From positions 1,302,001-1,366,000 of the forward strand of contig LSRY02000004.1 in the NCBI GenBank assembly GCA_001643675.2: a DNA stretch of 64,000 bases, given 5' to 3'. The DNA comes from Monocercomonoides exilis PA203 (taxonomy: Eukaryota > Protista > Preaxostyla). Positions within the stretch are counted from its first letter, which is position 1. Each line of letters starts with the position of its first letter. Positions 1-14,101 of the stretch are shown one piece after another. The position numbers were made by a program, and so were the translations under genes. The notes below the pieces were generated by a model. It was not told the DNA's origin and made no database searches. It saw only the letters and a list, made by a program, of their open reading frames with translations.

Positions 1-349
1 AAATAGTTTTGGAAAATGCTTAAAAAAAAGAGCTAATTCAGATTATTTTCGAAAAGGAAATCCTCTCGATCACTCTTTGTTTGTATCTTTACGATTATTT
101 TCAATAACAAAATTTCAACCTTACCAAATCATCGATCAGCCATAAGCAAGTATGTCTTCAATATCTGCACAAAACGTCCAATGATTTGTTGTTATTCACT
201 TTCATTCAATTATTGGGGAAGTATTCCACTGAAAGAATTTGTAACAAAAAACCCTAAAAAGCATGCATTGCTTCAAAAGTCAAACAGAGCTGAATCGTTC
301 ATCGTTACAACAAAAGAGCTTTATGGTTTATATTTCAGAGGTCATCTCT

Positions 350-3300
350 TCAGAAAATACTTGTAAAAGGCATATCCAGCGGATCGGCAGAAAACGATGA
401 AGGATAGGCACTACCTGAAAAAGGTAATGACATATCTGCAGAGAACGAAGAAGGCGATAGAGTGAAACTAGATGATAAATCTGTTGAAGGTGTAGAATCA
501 GCTCCAGAAATATGATCTGAACCCGATCCAGTGTTAGATAAATCGATCAGAGAGGAAGGTTGATTACTATAAATAGCATCTACAGGCATACGGTAATCCA
601 CTCTGCTTGATGAAGGAGAAGAAAAATCTGTTCCCGAAGAACCTGATGCTCCAACGGAAGCAGAAAACGGTGTGAATGGAGGATAATGATCAACATGATC
701 CGATAGTAGCGTAGACGCTTCACTAAATCCAAGTTCTCCCATCTCATCTCCGAATCCTTCGAACGAATCATTTGTTCCAGATGATCTATCAGTTCCAGAG
801 CCTTCGAAAAACGACAATTGCCCGTACAAACCTCCGCCTTCTGGTGAGCCAGCACCAATTGGCGATCCACTCCATCCTAATCCTGTTCCCTGCCCCATTC
901 CACCACTTTCAGTCGTATTAATGCCAATAACTCCAAACGGAGATTGCGAAGTATCGGAGTAAGTGAACAAAACACCCCCTCCAATATTTTGTGAAGGAGA
1001 AGACTGAAGATGCGCAAAAGGTCTGTCCAGAAGAGGAGGTGTCCCACTTTGCAGTCCAAACAGATGTGATTTTAGCCCAATTTCATAAGGAGGCGAACTT
1101 GATGGTGACGAAAAATCTGAATTTGAAGCAGTAATGGAGCTGTTCGATGAAACAAACGGGGAATGCTTAACCTTCTGCTTCTGTTGAGTCGAATTTCGAC
1201 TCAATGACGATAATTGAGGATAAGGGTAGGTCGGGAAATCCTGAAGACTTCCATATATCCTACGTGGCTTGCTGGCTTGTACATTTTCTGTTTGCCCTGG
1301 AGCAAAGAAATGCCCAAATTGCAAAGAACTTGAAGAAGCATTTCTGTCAGACTGATTTGAAAATAATGATAAAACAGTACTTGCAGAAGAAGATTGTCCA
1401 TTCTTTTCACCTTCAGATTTTGGCTGATCTGAATTAGCAGAAGAGGATGCTGCAAATGATGGAAGCTTCAGAGGAAGGCTCAATTCCGACCGACGCGGAG
1501 GTCGGAATGTTATGGCCACTTCAGAAGTATCTGAATCACTGCTCTTCCGTTGCAGCAGTCCATCAGTTTCTGTTCCTTCAGTATCGCTACGGACAAGCTC
1601 CTTTCCAACTATTCTCTTCTTCCTCAACTTTCCAGATCTTGATGCTTCACTTTCGCTGTCTCCAGAAACAAAAATATCCTTCTTTGATGTACCATCTTTT
1701 CCAAGTTCGTTTCTACTTTTATTTCCTTCTTTATCATCTTCTGATTCCTCATCTATCTTTCTCCTTTTTCTGGTGCCGATAGAATCTGCTATTTGTTCCC
1801 TCTTTAACTTACCTCTCCTTTTCCCCTTTGCTCTTTTTTGTTCTTCCTCTTTTCCACTCAAATTTTCAACGGATTTCCCTTCTGAGAATTCTTCTTCCCA
1901 ACTTACCATTTCACTTTCTTTTTCTTCCGTTGATGAGCCTTCACTGTCCTCTTCAATTTTCTTTTTCTCCTTTCCACTTTGTTTAATTTTCTTATGGCCT
2001 TTTGAAGTTGACTCGGTATCTCCTCCTTTGCGCAATGTGCTCAATGGATGGTGCTTCCACAGACTAACAAGTGGAGTATCTTTAGATCCTCCATTTCCGA
2101 ATACTACAGTAAATCCTGTTTCTCCTTCTTCTTTTTCCTTGCCAAGCCCTTTTACAGAAGCAATTTGACTTTCACTTTTATCTCCTTCGAACTGTGCCAA
2201 TATTTTTTTGCCTTTATTTCTTTCTAAATGGATGTGGGTGATCGCAGAATCGTTTGTGCTTGAGCTTGAGCTTTCGCTTTCAAGCAAATTATCTTGTTCG
2301 AAGTTGGATGCAGTCATCTGGAATGTATTATCAAATACGCTAACTTTGCTTGTGTGAATTGAAACAGTATCATTTGGATGGAACATGCGATTGAATGATG
2401 GCTGAGGCGGATAATAATCAATGGGTAGAGAGAGGTGCTCTTTATGTGCGAGATAATATGAGACGCTTGCCACAAATTTCTCTGCGATAATATGATGTAA
2501 TAACTCACTAAATCCTTTTTGATAAGATGAACCATCAGATGTTGATAATTTCTTCAAATTATTTGAATCAAGTGCTTTTGTTACATCTCCTTCCCACTGA
2601 TATTCTTCGACAAGCAATCGAAAAAAAGATGAAGCTTTTTCAAAGCAGCTTCGGAGGCAATCAATCTGATAAAAGCAACGAGAAATTTGAAATAATACAA
2701 AATAGCAGCGAAAAGATTCATTAAGAAGTGCATTGTTATGAATGCCGAAAAATGGACTTGAGCGAAATTCAAAGAAGGGAGTTTCACTCTGACTTTGAGT
2801 TGAATCAGTCATTGTCTTTTCAGAATCAGTTGATACAGAAATTCTTTCTCTTTTACTGAGAATATATTCGAAAGAAATCATTGGGAAAATTAATGAAGTT
2901 GTTGAGAAATCCCCTGCAAAGAACGACAAAACCCCATTTCGGATGAAGATATCGTAAATAATGTATGTTAAATTGATAGATGCTGCAAGCGCAGCTGAAT
3001 GCAGACGAAGCAGCGAACAGAGAATTATTGTCTGAATAAGTGAAAATACAACAGCCGAAGTGAGTGCTAATGAAAGTGGTGGCGTGGTGATAGACCCAAC
3101 AGAAAAGGAAGGTGGAAGTGGATGATGAGGTGGATTGAAAGAAAAAATATTTTGCATAGTTGAGAGTATTTCGCCAACTCCAGATACCACTGAATCTCCA
3201 ACTGATTTGTGAGGTACAGTTGTATAAGTTGAAGGAAGCTTTTGGTCTTTCATCGGAGATATTGAATGAGGTGAGGTTGATTGTGAATTTGAAGAAGGCG

Positions 3301-6300
3301 ATTTGTCCGTATTTGTGGGTTGAGAAATGGATTCTGCAGTTTTGTTGCTAATTTCTCGATGCTCCTCAAGAATTTTCCGAAGCAAATTCCCAAACTTTTT
3401 CATAAAATACAAAGGAGGTGTAATGCTGTGGATTCGTTTAAACTTTTTCACGGATGTTTCCAAAATTCCATAAAAAGGAGATAATTGACTGGGCAACTTA
3501 TCCAAAGACGAAGGAGATTTAGATTCAATTAGCGGGCAATATTTCGATGAATCCGGGTAAGACTCTGAGAAAAATGATAGCCATTTCTTTTTCAGTGAAG
3601 GAACATTTATCGGGCTGCTCGCTACAATTTGTTTTTTCGTTGGAATGAAAGAAAAGTTAGTTTGCTGCACATTTGAAGATAACTTTGTGGTGCTTTCAGA
3701 ATTATTAACGAAACAAGAACAATATGATATCAAACATTCAGAATCTAACTCATGACCATTGAGCGGATAACCACAAGAACAGAAGTGTATGTCAGATCCT
3801 TGTTGTTTGCTTTCATTGTTATTTTCACATGAGGTTGCATTTTGTTCCGATGTTAATCCAACACTTTTGCTGTCTGTTTGAAAACTTTCATTATCATCAT
3901 TTGAATCGTTTTTCATATCTGAATTAAGATTGCTTTGCACGCATGATTTCAAATGCAAATTGCTTTCATTGGAATTACTTCCTTCAATTTCAAAAAGATA
4001 TATCTGGCTAGAAACAGATGCTCTATAATCCACAAGAGGCTCGGAGATTATTTTATTTAAGAAGGATGTCGAAATACAATTTTCATTTTCCGTATCTTTC
4101 AACTGTTTACCTTTCTTTTGTTCATTTTCATCAACTGACTCAACCAAAACCTCAGCTTCCATCTTAATTTGAGTTTCTTCGCTTGCAATTAGCTCGTTCT
4201 TTTTTATTTCTTTTGATTGCAAATGCTCATTCCCCGAGGTGGACATTACGGGACTGCTTGAATCTTCCTTAATCCAGGAACATATACTTGTGTTTGCACT
4301 ACTTTCACTGGTACTCAGTAAGGTGAATGTTGCATTTAGCAAACGATGCATTGGTACAAATCGCTGCGGCTGCCTCTCTTTTTTCATTTGCTGCATTTTC
4401 TTCTTTTGTTCCATTTCCAAATAATGTCTTTTTTCTGATTTAATAAAAGCGAGCTGATCGTTTAATGAATTATTAGAGGAACCGTTTTCGTTTTCACCAT
4501 GAGCATCGTCATTATCAATGCGTTGTTCGGCAACTGCATTGAAAATAACTAGATTATTGCATGATCTATCTTCTTTTATAGTTTGTCTTTTCTCTCTTTT
4601 TGAGTTGTTAGGCTTGTCTTCAACCAAAGAAAGCAAAGGAATAACTTTTTTCCCTCCGCATAAGCAAATAACATGCTGGAGATGAGACACGGACCGAATA
4701 AGAGCAATTAATTCTTCTTTCGTTACGTTTGTTGTTTCAGCCATATACTCAAACGGGTTTTGAAAGTCAGAGTTTGGTTGAACAGGTAGCGGTGGCAAAT
4801 GAAGCTCGCTTGATGAACTTGTTTGAGATGAAGAAACAGAAGAATTTTGTTCAATATTTCCTTTTGAAACAATGTTAGCAGCTTGATTTTTATTGCTTAT
4901 TCTTTCATTCTTATTGTTTTTGAATGAATTTGTTGTTAGAATTTTCGTCAAATTAGAAAGAAAAGAAGGGAAAAAGCTGTTTAGCAAAAATTTATAGGAC
5001 AACTGGGCAGCTTCGAGTCTGACTGTTGGTGCAACGTCTGTGCAGGTGGACATGTTAAAAAAAGTGTGCGCCGAGCGAAGAGAAGAAATCATCAGATGTG
5101 TCGAATACTTTTGAGGGTATTGTCGCAGCGGATCTTCGTTCGAATGGAGCTGTCGATAAAATACCGGTGCAGTAGATTTGCTGTTAAAGTGATGATGTTT
5201 TGTTGGGTTAAGAGAATGATGTGCTAATCTTGGAGAGGTTACGAAAGGTAAACTCTGTGGAGTAAGAGAATTGCCTGAAGAAGCAGCATTGCCATTTTTC
5301 ACTCGAGCCATGTCAACAGGCGCAGAAATCAAGTTTTGTGACGATTCGTTCTTTGCTTGCTGGCTCAGTAGCTGCTCTGTTCTTTTTTGTTCTTCATCAT
5401 AGATGATAACCTTTTCTCTCTTCCAAAGGGAGTTTGTCTCCTTTGCTAAATACTTTGACAAACTTTCTTCTGTCATATGCTCCGAAGATGCACTTCCTTC
5501 AATGTACTCTTCCTCTTTTTGGGCATTTGCAGGTTTCTCAATGCTTATTTCTTCCTCTTTTATGGTCGTAGAAACTGCTCCTATTAAGCTTTGATCTTGT
5601 CTTTCAATGTCGTCATCCTCTGAAGGCTTATGACTCTTGCAACTGTAGTTCATTTTATTTTTCATTTGAGCAGAGCAATCAATCGGCTTCTCTTCCATTT
5701 TCTGAATTCGAAGTTCGTTGCGATTACTTTCTTGAACACTCGTTAGAAATTGCAGCGTTAACAAGTAAAGGTCATCCATCGATGCGCGATTTGTCAGCTC
5801 TTCTTCCCTTTGGTTCATTTCTGCGAGACAAATATGGTCGCGAAGTGTGCGAAGCACAGAAGTTTCCTCAGAAATGCTTTCATTTTCTGTTTGTTGATCG
5901 CAAAGCATATCAGAGCCTGTGCTTTGCTGATGACGATCATGCAAATGATCGTTGCAGACGTTGCTCGAAGTCAAAGACAGATCAGATAAGCTTTGAAAAT
6001 ATCGCTGCGCCCATTTTTCCTTTCGAACCAACGGTTTCACCGAAGGAAATATTGCGAAATAGAAATAAGGATCATGCGGCATCTCCTGTGAATGGCCATT
6101 CCTCCAAAACTTGTTAGGCGGAAAGACGTATTCGCATGAAGACAGAGAAAGTTTCTTGAGGTGTGGAAGAGGTGGCGATGCTGCTGCCAAATCGTTTCCT
6201 TGGCGGCTTTGCGAAGCAGAAACAAGCTTCTTCTCAGAAGAAAGTGCAGAAGGGGATGGGATGAGATTAGGAAGAGGCGTGTTTGCTGTTGACTGAAGAG

Positions 6301-9296
6301 ACAAAGATGCCAAAGACAAAGATTCAGTCATTGATTCTTCGCCTTGTCGAGAAGTACCAAAACGTGGAAACAGATTGTCCAAAAACAGTTTTGTTTTAGC
6401 TTTGCTTATAATATTTTCTTGAGTTTCTTCATCGTTTGCAATTGCCGTTGACAAAGATTGAAAATCTATTGAATCTTTCTCTCCAATCCTCTTTATTTTA
6501 TGCCGTTTATAACTTCTTGAACTTTGAAATCTGAGATTTGCAAGACGCAAACCCGACTCGTTTTTGAGCTGTTTGAGAAGGCAGTCTGTACATGAAAACC
6601 GTCTCAGTTCATTTGATGCCAGCATAAACACTTCGAAGCGAGAAGAAAACAGATGCGGAGCAAAAGGAGTTGGATCAAGCACCCTACTCATTGAATCAAG
6701 CGGTTGATAAGTTGAGGGGAAATCATCCAGAAGATTAGTATTTTGTTTGCTTATGGAAGAAAATGATGAATTAGATGCATGTTCGCCGGACGAGGCATGA
6801 TTTTCCTTGGAAATGCATTGCTGCGGAGTTGGAGGATAAACAGTGTGCGACTCAGATTGTAAAAATTGTTGCTTCATTTTCAAAGGCGCAGACTGAACAG
6901 TTTTGTTGCATTCTTTCTCTGAGCAACTGTCAGATTTGTTTTCTTGTTCTTGTGAAGGAACGTGCTCAAGTGAAAATACCTCCTTTATGTAATCAAAGAA
7001 GTCAGTCAAGTTGCTCTTCCTCACTTCCTGCGGGCAAACCGCCTGTGGATGGTTGACAAGGGCATGAAACGGGGGAACAAGAGATGTGTAGATGTTAACT
7101 AAATATTCACTCGTCATCAATCCGAATGACTGCTCAATGAGTTGCTTGCAACGGTGTTGTTGATTGTTACGAAAAAACTGTGCAAGCAAAAAAATGCCTA
7201 TTTAAAAAAATATATATGATCAAACAAACATTAAAAGAACGTATTTATTGAAAGAAAAAATAAAGCATAAAATGAAGGTGAAAATTAGAATAATCGTTTA
7301 AACATAAGCAAATTTGTTTCAAAAGAAAGTGGAAATGATAAAGAGAATCAAATAAATGGAAAAGAAACACAAATGACATACCACGAGTGTACTCAATAAC
7401 AAAAGACACTTCCAAAGTATCTTCTGCTGAGAATGGGCCAGATGATGCAACAATCGAATCAAGTGTCAGTGTTCTTATGAAAGAAAGAAATGCTTCAAGT
7501 TTCATCGTGCTGTTACTTGGTGGGTCTTCGGAATTCTGATTTGTTTCAACAGATAAATTCGAAGATAGTGAAGAATCTTTATGAACAAAAAGCGAATTTT
7601 CATTTAAAAAATCATCACTTTCTTGTTTCGCTGCTTTCTCTTCTGAAATAATACTACCAGCAGAGCTTTCCTTACCCTCCTTCTTTATGTCACGAACAGT
7701 GTGATTGAGCTTCTTTTCCTTCAACTCCTCCGCCTTCAGCTCCCTCGCGTCTTCCCACAGCCGCTCGCCCCGCCACGCCAGCAAGTTGACTCCGTTCATC
7801 AGCCTCCGCACGAGCGCCGTCTTGCTGCCGACGACGTTGCCCACTGAGTCGCTGATGATCGCCGCATACAGACGCGCCTGCCTGATGCACAGCGCAGCGA
7901 CTGTAGAGTGGCCAATGAGCTGTGCACTCAGCGCCATCACACAGTAGAAGGTGAGGTGCAGGCTGTCGAAGTAGTGGATCAGCAGGTGCTCGTACCGGGT
8001 GAGCGTTAATGTACGAGCTAGTCTTTTTGGGTCGATTTGGGGGCTGAATGACTGAGGGTGTGTGGAAATTGAAGCGGGGGAAGAAGATGAAAGAGGTGTT
8101 GATTTTTCTCTTTGAGGTTCAGATGAATGTGGCTCTGAATGGGAAAGAGGTGATGATGATGATGAAATTGAAGAAGAAGAAATTGAAGTGGAAGGATATG
8201 AAGTGGTAGAAGAAGATGATGAAGTGGTGCTTGCAGTGGATGTTGTTGAGGAAGACAGTCCTGTTAGTGTTGATGATGAAGACGATGATGTGGCTTTTGT
8301 TGATGTTTCTGTTGGAGAAAAAGGTGAATGTGATTTGGGTGAAGTGTTGTTATCTGATTTATTCACTTCAGATGCACTCTTATCTTCTTTTTCTTCTTTC
8401 TCGTTATTCTGCTGCTTTTGTTCTTTCATAAGAACTTCTCTTTTCTTCATTTCCATCAAATAATCCTTTGCTTTGAAAGGAAGCACAGCAAAAAATGAGA
8501 TGTCTTTTCCAAGAAAAGGATAAAATGGACTTATAAACCGAGAAAATATCTCCAAATACAAATACTTCTCGTCTCCAATGTGAAGAAAAGGCACGCGCGT
8601 ATCAAAAAATCGCTCAAGCATCCGAAGCTTTCCTGTTGGGTTTCCAAAAGGCAGTTGATACGCTAATGCAACTTGCCCCTTTGGCGGAGATCGGAGCGCT
8701 CCTTGTTGATGAGGGCTTGTTTGCTTGTCAGCTGTGCCAGAAGTAGATTGAGTGACTAGAGAGATTGGTGGAGGAATTGTTGCTGTAGAAGAACTTTGCT
8801 GTTGAACAGAAGTGGAAATAGTATTCTTGTCTGCCTGAGGAAGAGTTGGTGATTGGTGAGGAATGATCGGGAAAGCATGAAATGATGTTGCTAGAGATGA
8901 CGGCATTGCTTGAGAATTAATAACTCCTTTCTCATTCTGTCTTTGAACTTCTTGGATTGGTACAAAGGAAGATAATTGAAGCATAGGAAATGAGGAGTTT
9001 GTTGAAGGAAAGCATGTTTGCATTCCGTTTATATTTTTCATTTGAGATGCAAAATGTGGCTGAACAGAAGAAAATTTTGAAGGAGGAAACATTGAAGTAC
9101 AATTGAATTGAGGCAAAATAGTTGGTAACTTAAAAGGTGTTTGCAATTGCCCTTGACCATGGAATAGCTGAAATGCTGAAGGTTGGACAACAGGAGCACC
9201 AGAAAAAAGCAATGGCTGACTTTGCTTCAAAAATTGTTGTTGAGAATTCAATTGATTGTGTTGAGAATTTTCCGCAAATGAAGAAGGAGCACTCAA
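350..9296 (-). CDS. Large Ser/Gln-rich hypothetical protein (~2920 aa), 2 exons: 9296-7382, 7197-350
   Basis: ORFs 7245..9296 and 350..7189 join in frame through a GTATGT...TAG intron (7381-7198), giving EYTRG|IFLLAQFF. Total 8763 nt is divisible by 3. Mostly low-complexity, no confident domain. Confidence 0.8.
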
Positions 9297-10237
9297 TGGA
9301 GCAAGGGGATTTTGTTCTTCATGAATATGAAAAAATAAAACTTATTGCTGTTTCAAATAGCATGAAAGCAAACGTTTTTGTTGCGGTCCTCGTTTTTTCA
9401 CAGGCATATCATAGGTGCATACAAGCTTTTTTGCAATACAAGACGAACAAGGATGCTTTCTTTAAAAAATGAATATGACAAGAAAATAATTGAAATTGAG
9501 CATTAAAAAACAAACCCATTGCATTTTGTTTTTCTGAAAAAATAGTAATGAATATGCAAGCATTTAATAATAAAATTCACACCTCACCCTGCATTTGTCA
9601 CATGAATGAAAAGCAGTTGAATGCCTTGGACACATTTAAAGTGAGAAAAACAAATCAATGTAAAAAATCTATTTTCCAAAACAAATGTAAAATATAAGCA
9701 GATTTGCATAACGGCGTTGAATGAAAAATTAAAAGGTATAATGCATGAATTAAATATATTCGAAATTATAACCTTTACACAAAGAATTATCAATTTTTTT
9801 AAAACTGAATGAAATATTTTGAATATGGGAAGAAATTAAACAAAATGTTCAATCAACATAAAAGAAAAAGCATTCTTCACTTTAAAAAAAGAAATAAATT
9901 TTTTATTTGAAAAACATTTACAAAAAATTTTTTTTTCGTCAAATTCAAATTTGAAATTAACAATTTAAATACCAAACATTTTTTTGATTTTTCCTTCTTT
10001 GAAAAACTGAGTATTTTTAATTTTTTCATTTTAGTTTAATTTTACAAAAGTTTTCATTGAATAAACGAGAATAATGACTATTTTTTATTTTTAATTATTT
10101 CTCTGTGAGTGAACAATTATATTTTTGTTCCGCGAAGTTGAGTGTTTGTTCAATGATTAAAAAAGAGCATTAAAAAGATGTTATCGTTTATCAAAGAATA
10201 ACCAACTTTCAATATTGATCAGCGCCCAATATATATA

Positions 10238-13200
10238 ATGACTTCTGAAGTTGATTGCGGACAAACACTTTCATTACCTGGTTATTCGACTTTTGACTTG
10301 CTCGCAAATTTAGCTTATGAAGCGAAAAAATTGTTTTCATTGCAATTAACCGAAAATAAATTACTCAAACAGGATTCGGATGTATTATCATTGTTTTTTC
10401 CAAAAGTTTTATATTAAAAATCATTTAATGACGATTTTATATATATTTTCACGTACTATACGCATGAATGATGAATAAGGTTTTAACACGCGAAATAGCG
10501 GAATTGAAGAAAAATCACAAAAATGAAGTTCAACTTTTAAAAGATACAATTAGGACACTTAATTATGAGATAAAACAGCTAAAGTTTGCATTTTGATTTA
10601 AAACATTTTTTGATTGTTGAATCTTGTATTTTATACAGAACGCAACTTCAAGTTATGCAATCTTCACAAACTAATTCATCTGAAACAAAGACGAACGTAA
10701 ACTCTGAATCTTGTCAATCATCAGAAACAGAATTATCCGCAACAAGTACATCTTCAATTTCGGAAAATAATACGTTGAGCTCGGGAATAGGAACATTAAT
10801 AACAGAACCTGCAGTTCCTCGCCCACCTTCGACTTCTCTTTCTCTTCCGTCTTTTCCTCATGAAGATACTCAAAGAACAGCTATCTCTGATCCAATTGGG
10901 ATGCCATCATTTGTAAAACTACCACAAACTATTTCCGCACCTTCATCGAAACTATCGCTTTTCCCATCACACAGATCGTTTTATTCTGATCGATATTTAT
11001 CATCTTCTGCGTCTATGCATCTTCCGTCACTCTCAGAACCAGCGTTTGTGATGAGCCATCATCTTGATGCAGTACAGGATGTTTCATTCCATCCGTCAAT
11101 ATTGTTGTTGATGCTTTCTTCGCGTGATGGCTCATCAACTATTCTGGACATTGCACGAACAACAAGACTTCACAAAAAAAAGAGGAAATGCAAATATAAA
11201 GAAAATGCAAAAGAAAAAGAAGGAGAAATCGAAAGGGATTTGGAAAAAGACAAAGATAAAGATAAAGAAAAGGAAAAAGAAAAAGAAAGAGACGAACGAC
11301 ATCTTCAACCAATTGCTTATCTTGTTTCTTCTCCATTTACATCTTCATTGGCAAATCTATCTTCCCATCAATCGAATTCGCCTGACACGAAATTGCAATC
11401 ATCATCTTCTTTTGCTTTCGAAACGGCTTGCGCAACGCCTTCCTCGTTTTCTATAGACTCTGTTACACGTTCACACTCCACAGCAACTTTGGAAAGAAAA
11501 TCATCATCTTTTCTAAATGCTGGTGCAGATGTCAGTTCTTCTTCGATTGTTCGTAGCAAACTCAACAGAAGACGTAGAAATGGGGTGTTTAGTGGGATAT
11601 TCCTGCCTTCGCTGATGTCTCCTGGAGACGAAGAGAGGATGGGAGAGAGAGCTGACCGCTTTGAAGATGAACAGACCGCCGCTTCTCCATCTGCTGCCTC
11701 TACTTCCTCTGCTTCTTCTTTCCTGTCATCATCTTTCCTCACACACCGCTCGCCACTTTCTTCTCCACCACACTTCAACCAGCAGGCGGGGCACTCGAAT
11801 CAGGCAGAGATGTCTGCTTCTGTTCTTTCGCTTGGTGCTTCGACTGCTTCAATCAACTCTGTTGACTCCTTCAAGAGCTCCTCCTCTTCTCTGAATGCAT
11901 CTGCAGGCGGGGCCGGCTGTTCTTCCTCGTACAACGCGTCGTCGTCGCCGAAGAAGTCGCTCGGCTGCATCGCGCAGGGCTTTGCAGACGGGACGATACG
12001 CATATCTTCGCTGCCTGACCCGCACTACAGGCTGTTTGGCACACACGGCTCGCTGTGCCCGCTGCGGCTGCTGGACTTGAAAGGCCACACGGACACTGTG
12101 TATTCGCTGCAGGAAGAGAAGGACCCAGCGTGTTCTGGTTCATCGGTTACGTCAGCTCCATCATCATCATCCTCCTCTTCCTTGTCATCATCATCATCAG
12201 CTTCTGCTGCTGCACAGGGAAATGTGGGTGCAGCTGTCGAAATGCGAAAGAGCATTCTGCTGCTGTCAGCCAGCGCAGACGACACGGTGAAGCTGTGGCG
12301 TATCTGCAACAGCGATTTTGAAGATGGCAGCCAGGCAAAAGTGAGTGATGTGTTGCCATGTAAAACGCAGTCAGCGCCTTCTCATCGTTCTGGGCAGATC
12401 TTCAGCTTCACCCGCGGCCGAACAGCAGACCGGTGCAATTCTGAGCTGCTTGACACGCCAGTGACTGCTTTGTTCCATCCGATTGTGAAAACCAGCGTTG
12501 TTGCTGGGTACAAGTCAGGTGATGTTGCGCTGTATGACATCTCCGTCGGGATGCAACTGGGCGCAATATCAACTGCTCAAAACGTATGAAATTAATATAG
12601 TCGATTTTTGCGATTATTTTTTTTTTTATTTTTATTCTTCTGTTTTGCTGGAATGGACTTTTTTTCTTTCAGTTTTTATTCTTATTATTTATTAATCTAA
12701 CGATTGATTGATTGGCTTTTATATAAAAAAATTATGTGTTGTTTAATTGGCATAATTATCTTGAATTCTGATTTTCATTCATATATATATGTATTCCAAC
12801 ACTTTCCTAATAATTCAACTGAACAATTGCAGCCCTCCACAACAATTGCGAAGTTCCCGCATCGCATCACAAGCATCACCGGCATCACTTCATTCAGCAA
12901 CAGCTGCCCTCTGATCGTGTCAGCACTCAACGGCTCGATCCATCTGCTGGACACCCGAACACACAGCGTTGTCAACACCATCGCAAACGCCCATTTCGAA
13001 TGGCCTGCCAATCCGCCTGCTTCTGCTTCTGCTTCGCCAGCAGCTGTCAATGCTCCTACTCCCCCTTCTGCACATTCACCAACACCATTTTCATCACTCA
13101 GCTTCTCTGGCTTCACTTCAGTCGGTTCAATTTCTTCAGTTTCTTCAGTGGCAAGTCCACCATGCATTCCATCTCTTCATCCATGTGCTGTTACGTCAAC

Positions 13201-13521
13201 TGCCTATTGCACACATCACTTGGATGCCACCTGCTTTGTGTCTGGTGGAAGCGATTGCTCAATAAGATTGTGGGATTTGCGGTCTTTGAACGAGCCGCTT
13301 GCAATCTTCGTATGCATTTTATTTATTTATTTATTTATTTATGCTCTCATTCTCTTTTGTTTCTTGTTTGCTTGCTTTCTTTTCCCATGCAGCCAAAACA
13401 TCATCGACAAATGTTCGATGAGGGAATCACAAAAGTTATGTTCCATCCCCAGAAACCTCTTCTTGTATCAGCTGGTGCCGATGGAGTTGTCAATCTTTAT
13501 GTTCGTAATCAGTACGGATGA
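10238..13521 (+). CDS. STRN: Striatin-family WD40 protein (STRIPAK/PP2A scaffold), ~932 aa; exons 10238-10381, 10480-10583, 10639-12583, 12833-13309, 13393-13521
   Basis: N-terminal coiled coil LKDTIRTLNYEIKQLK resembles the striatin N-domain. WD motifs HHLDAVQDVSFHP, GHTDTVYSL, LLSASADDTVKLW, FVSGGSDCSIRLWDL. C-terminus HRQMFDEGITKVMFHPQKPLLVSAGADGVVNLYV is close to the striatin end. Four GT-AG introns keep the frame (2799 nt). Confidence 0.85.
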
Positions 13522-14101
13522 ATTTATAAAAAGTAAAAATGATATATGTAAAATAATACTGCACAGTGATTGTTGGATTGCGTTGAAGTTGGCGTGAGTT
13601 AGGATTAATCGATGATGAATGCATGAAGAAACAAGACTAGTTAAAATATGATGCTTTATGCTGCGATGTTCAGAATCTTTTTGAATAAAAGAGGTGAAAT
13701 GAGTCAATCGTATTAGGTGTATTAGCTTTTTTGTTATAAATATTTATATGTCACTTTCAGGTCTGTTATTTATCTTTTATAAATTTAACACGTTATTTTT
13801 GGCTTTGAATTCGTATCTTAAAGCTGCGTTTGTAATTTCAAATTATTTGGGGTCTTAGTTAATTTTTCAATTTTTGCTTAAAAATTGCAAGAATTTTTGT
13901 TGACTTATTGCTTAAAGCAGTTTTGTGTCGTTGCAAACAAAAAAGATCTGTTTAATATTTTTTTTTTAGCTTTTTTTGTTTTGAAAAAAGTTCATATTCA
14001 ATTTTTTTATTGTGAATATTTTCTTGAGTCGAGTTTCATACAAAATTCAACAAGTTTGTTCAAATTTGAATTGTCAACCCAACAATTTTTTTATTGAATT
14101 A

